The translations under genes and the position numbers were made by a program. From the NCBI GenBank assembly GCA_010909165.1, contig VJWM01000007.1:124001-188000 (forward strand): a stretch of DNA of 64,000 nt. Direction: 5' to 3'. Each line of letters starts with the position of its first letter. Positions within the stretch are counted from its first letter, which is position 1. The notes under the pieces were generated by a model. That model ran no database searches. It was not told the origin of the DNA and saw only the letters and a list, made by a program, of their open reading frames with translations. The DNA comes from Anthoceros angustus (taxonomy: Eukaryota > Plantae > Anthocerotophyta). Positions 61,501 through 64,000 of the stretch are shown piece by piece.

Positions 61501-64000
61501 CTATATATTGTTTGTATCTTAAAACATCGCTCGGGATAGGTGCAGATAGACTCAATGGCATAAGAACTCCAAGGTTAAGCACCTCGGTCAGAACAGGATG
61601 GGGTGTTGACTTTCGTACTTGTGCTTTTGCTTTGAACTAGTTGCACTCTTGGGTCGGATTAGTACTAGGATGGTTTGCTTGCTTGTTTTGGCGCTTTGAA
61701 AACTTTGTAACTCCAACAACCTAGGCGTATCAATACTAGGATGGAGTGTTGATTTTTAGTGGTTTGAAAAATTTGTAAATCATCCGGTATCTAGGCGTAA
61801 AGTCATGAATATTATTTTTGAAAATCATTTGTTGGTTGATGTTATATTCCCACATTCGCTTTGTATACAACATGTAAAACCTTTTGGCCTTACTCTATGT
61901 GCCCCTTAGATGACTTGCGGTGGATCTCTTTGATTGGCCAAATGTCCGCTCATTCGAGTTTGATGCGTATAGATGCATAGGCCTTGGTTTCTAGATGAGC
62001 TACATTTTCCAAAATTCGACATGTATGATGGTGGTTTCTAATGGCCAACCTTTTGAAGGCGACAATGTTTCACAATGTTTTGCGGAGAAGCAAGAAAATA
62101 AATAGAATAGATGATTTGTCCTTGAGTAATGAAAGCACAGCCGGATGCGATCGAACACAAGTATAAGAGCATCTGCTGTGCGAGCCCTAGTGAGCCGCAG
62201 TATCTGAAGAAAGAGGCTGGTCGGGGTTTTGACCAAATGGGCGTATTTGTGAGGCTCACGAAGGAGGACCATCTATACCTTGTGGCGCCCCCTACGGTGG
62301 CGCAGGTGTTCAGAGACGAACTATAGCCAAGCTTAGGAGATTTTGAATTTAAGATCGACTTGCTCCATGTGCCACCCATGGATAGATTAAGGTTGAAAGC
62401 GATGCGGACTTGACAAGAAGAAATGTAAGCTCGAAGAGTTTGATCAAGAGCGGTTGAGGAGGCCTCACCATCCTTTACCTTGTCAATTCTACTTGAGCCC
62501 TAATCTGGATCTAAGTGCGGCTTATCTCACGGAGGGGCCGGGTCGGGGCAGGGTATGCCGTGCAGGATTGCTCAATCACGGGGTTTGAAAAGAATTGATG
62601 TGAGTGTTGGTGCGGTGGCAAGTGTGCACAAGCAACAGCGAAAGTGCTTGCCTACACAAGTATTGACGCAACCCTCTCCAAACCCGGTGTATTGCACCTC
62701 TTTGGAGTATAAGTCGGGACGTTGGTGCACTCCCTCTTTGGAGCATAAGTCATGATCATCCGGCCACTTGGTACAAGTGTGTCTCATTTGTCGGACGGTG
62801 GGCATAGGTCTTCTTTTGGGCTCGGATGCATGGGGCATGGGTTCGCAAATCACAGCGTGAAATGAGACATGTGCATTTACGGATGGTTGGGGCCAAAATG
62901 GGGTTGGAGACAAACCCTATCTTTGAGAAACTGTTAATATCTCCACTCACTCCGCTGTCAAGGGTCCAGCCACTCCTCAGGCCAAGCACGTCAAATCTCG
63001 CCCTACATGCGGAATGACTCGCTCATGGAAGTATGGAGGAAATACTCCCTCCGTCCTCACTGCCACACTCGAGCCACGAGAGAGCTGGTTTGCAGTATCA
63101 CATGGACAATTTTGGCCTTCGCAGGAACCCGAAGAGGGAGGCATCCCCACTGCTCACAGGACAACCGGTGGCTTGCCTTGCTTGGCGGTGGGCAGTGGTG
63201 GCGGGATTGCGTGCCCGGGCTAGGACTCTGCACCACATGCCTCCCTCGCCCACAGGAGGAGCTGCTCCTACCTCCTCACTAGCTTCTGAAGTTGCTGGAG
63301 AAGGGATGCCCAGCGGGCGAGGTAGATCCGGACCCGAGGTATGAACTCAATTTTATCCTGAGTTCCCAAGGTCGACTCCTACGGCTGTCAGCGGTCTGCT
63401 TGGTCCTTAGGACCCGAGAGATAAAAAGGCCTTGCATCGGCATTTCACGTATCCCCGGCCAGATGGAAGAACAAAAAACATTGAGCCTTTTAGCCGTCAG
63501 ACGGTTGGTGGGGGTCTCAAGGTGCAAAGAGGAAGCCTTAGGTGCACAAGGAATAATTGGAGCTTGAGTCAGGCCTCCGTAGGGGCCAAGGCGGAGACCC
63601 TGTTAGTGGAGGAGGAGAAAGCCTTCCGATTTGGACGGAAGTTTCTAAGTGCTTACCCATGAGCTGAAGCACATACAAAACGCAAGCATTGAGGACCTTA
63701 TGAGAGGAGGTATGAACAGACTTGAGTAAGAACTTGGTAGCTTGACCTGAATCTAGAACCAAGCTTTCTAGAGAAGCTAGGTGAAGATAGCTAGGCGAGC
63801 CTACTTGCCAAAACTGATAAGGATCACTTCTTAGACACATAGCCGGTGGAGAAGGCGGGCAGGCGGCAGAGCGATAATTGAGCTACAGCAACTTAAATCG
63901 GTTGGCGATGAGGAAAGGAGTTAAGAGACCTCAGATACAAGGTCACGGAGGCCTCTTGTGAGTTGGAGGCGGAAGGGGCCAGAGCTACGACTTCAAAGTA

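Noticed and set aside
1-64000. tRNA or rRNA genes
   Set aside because: None recognisable; the only tRNA-complementary sequences are retroelement PBSs

Overview
Eukaryotic, repeat-dense window, most likely from a seed-free land plant or another streptophyte (plant-type Ty1/copia and Ty3/gypsy elements, tRNA-iMet PBS, GT-AG introns, apparent CG/CHG C>T decay). Almost all of it is nested transposable elements with many 1-bp indels, so most proteins had to be read by hand across frames. Ordinary content: a gypsy element (1-5312, -), a copia pair in inverted arrangement (21511-30221), a second complete copia (38207-44797, -), gypsy integrase and accessory-ORF remnants (55391-60860) and one intact coiled-coil + RING ORF (32222-32917). 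The main result is two diverged copies of an apparent large DNA-transposon family: element A (6976-19041, with 39-bp terminal inverted repeats, splitting a retroelement ORF) and element B (core about 46400-54650). Each has a + strand Sola-like (DUF7869-type) DDE transposase with an intron at the same position. Head-to-head with it is a - strand gene encoding a ParB-like (GGNH) domain followed by beta-class N4-cytosine/N6-adenine DNA methyltransferase domain(s): two in A, one in B. Each element is also sprinkled with its own palindrome (CCGGAYRTCCGG in A, CGGCATGCCG in B). Domain calls are motif-based manual translations, not database results.
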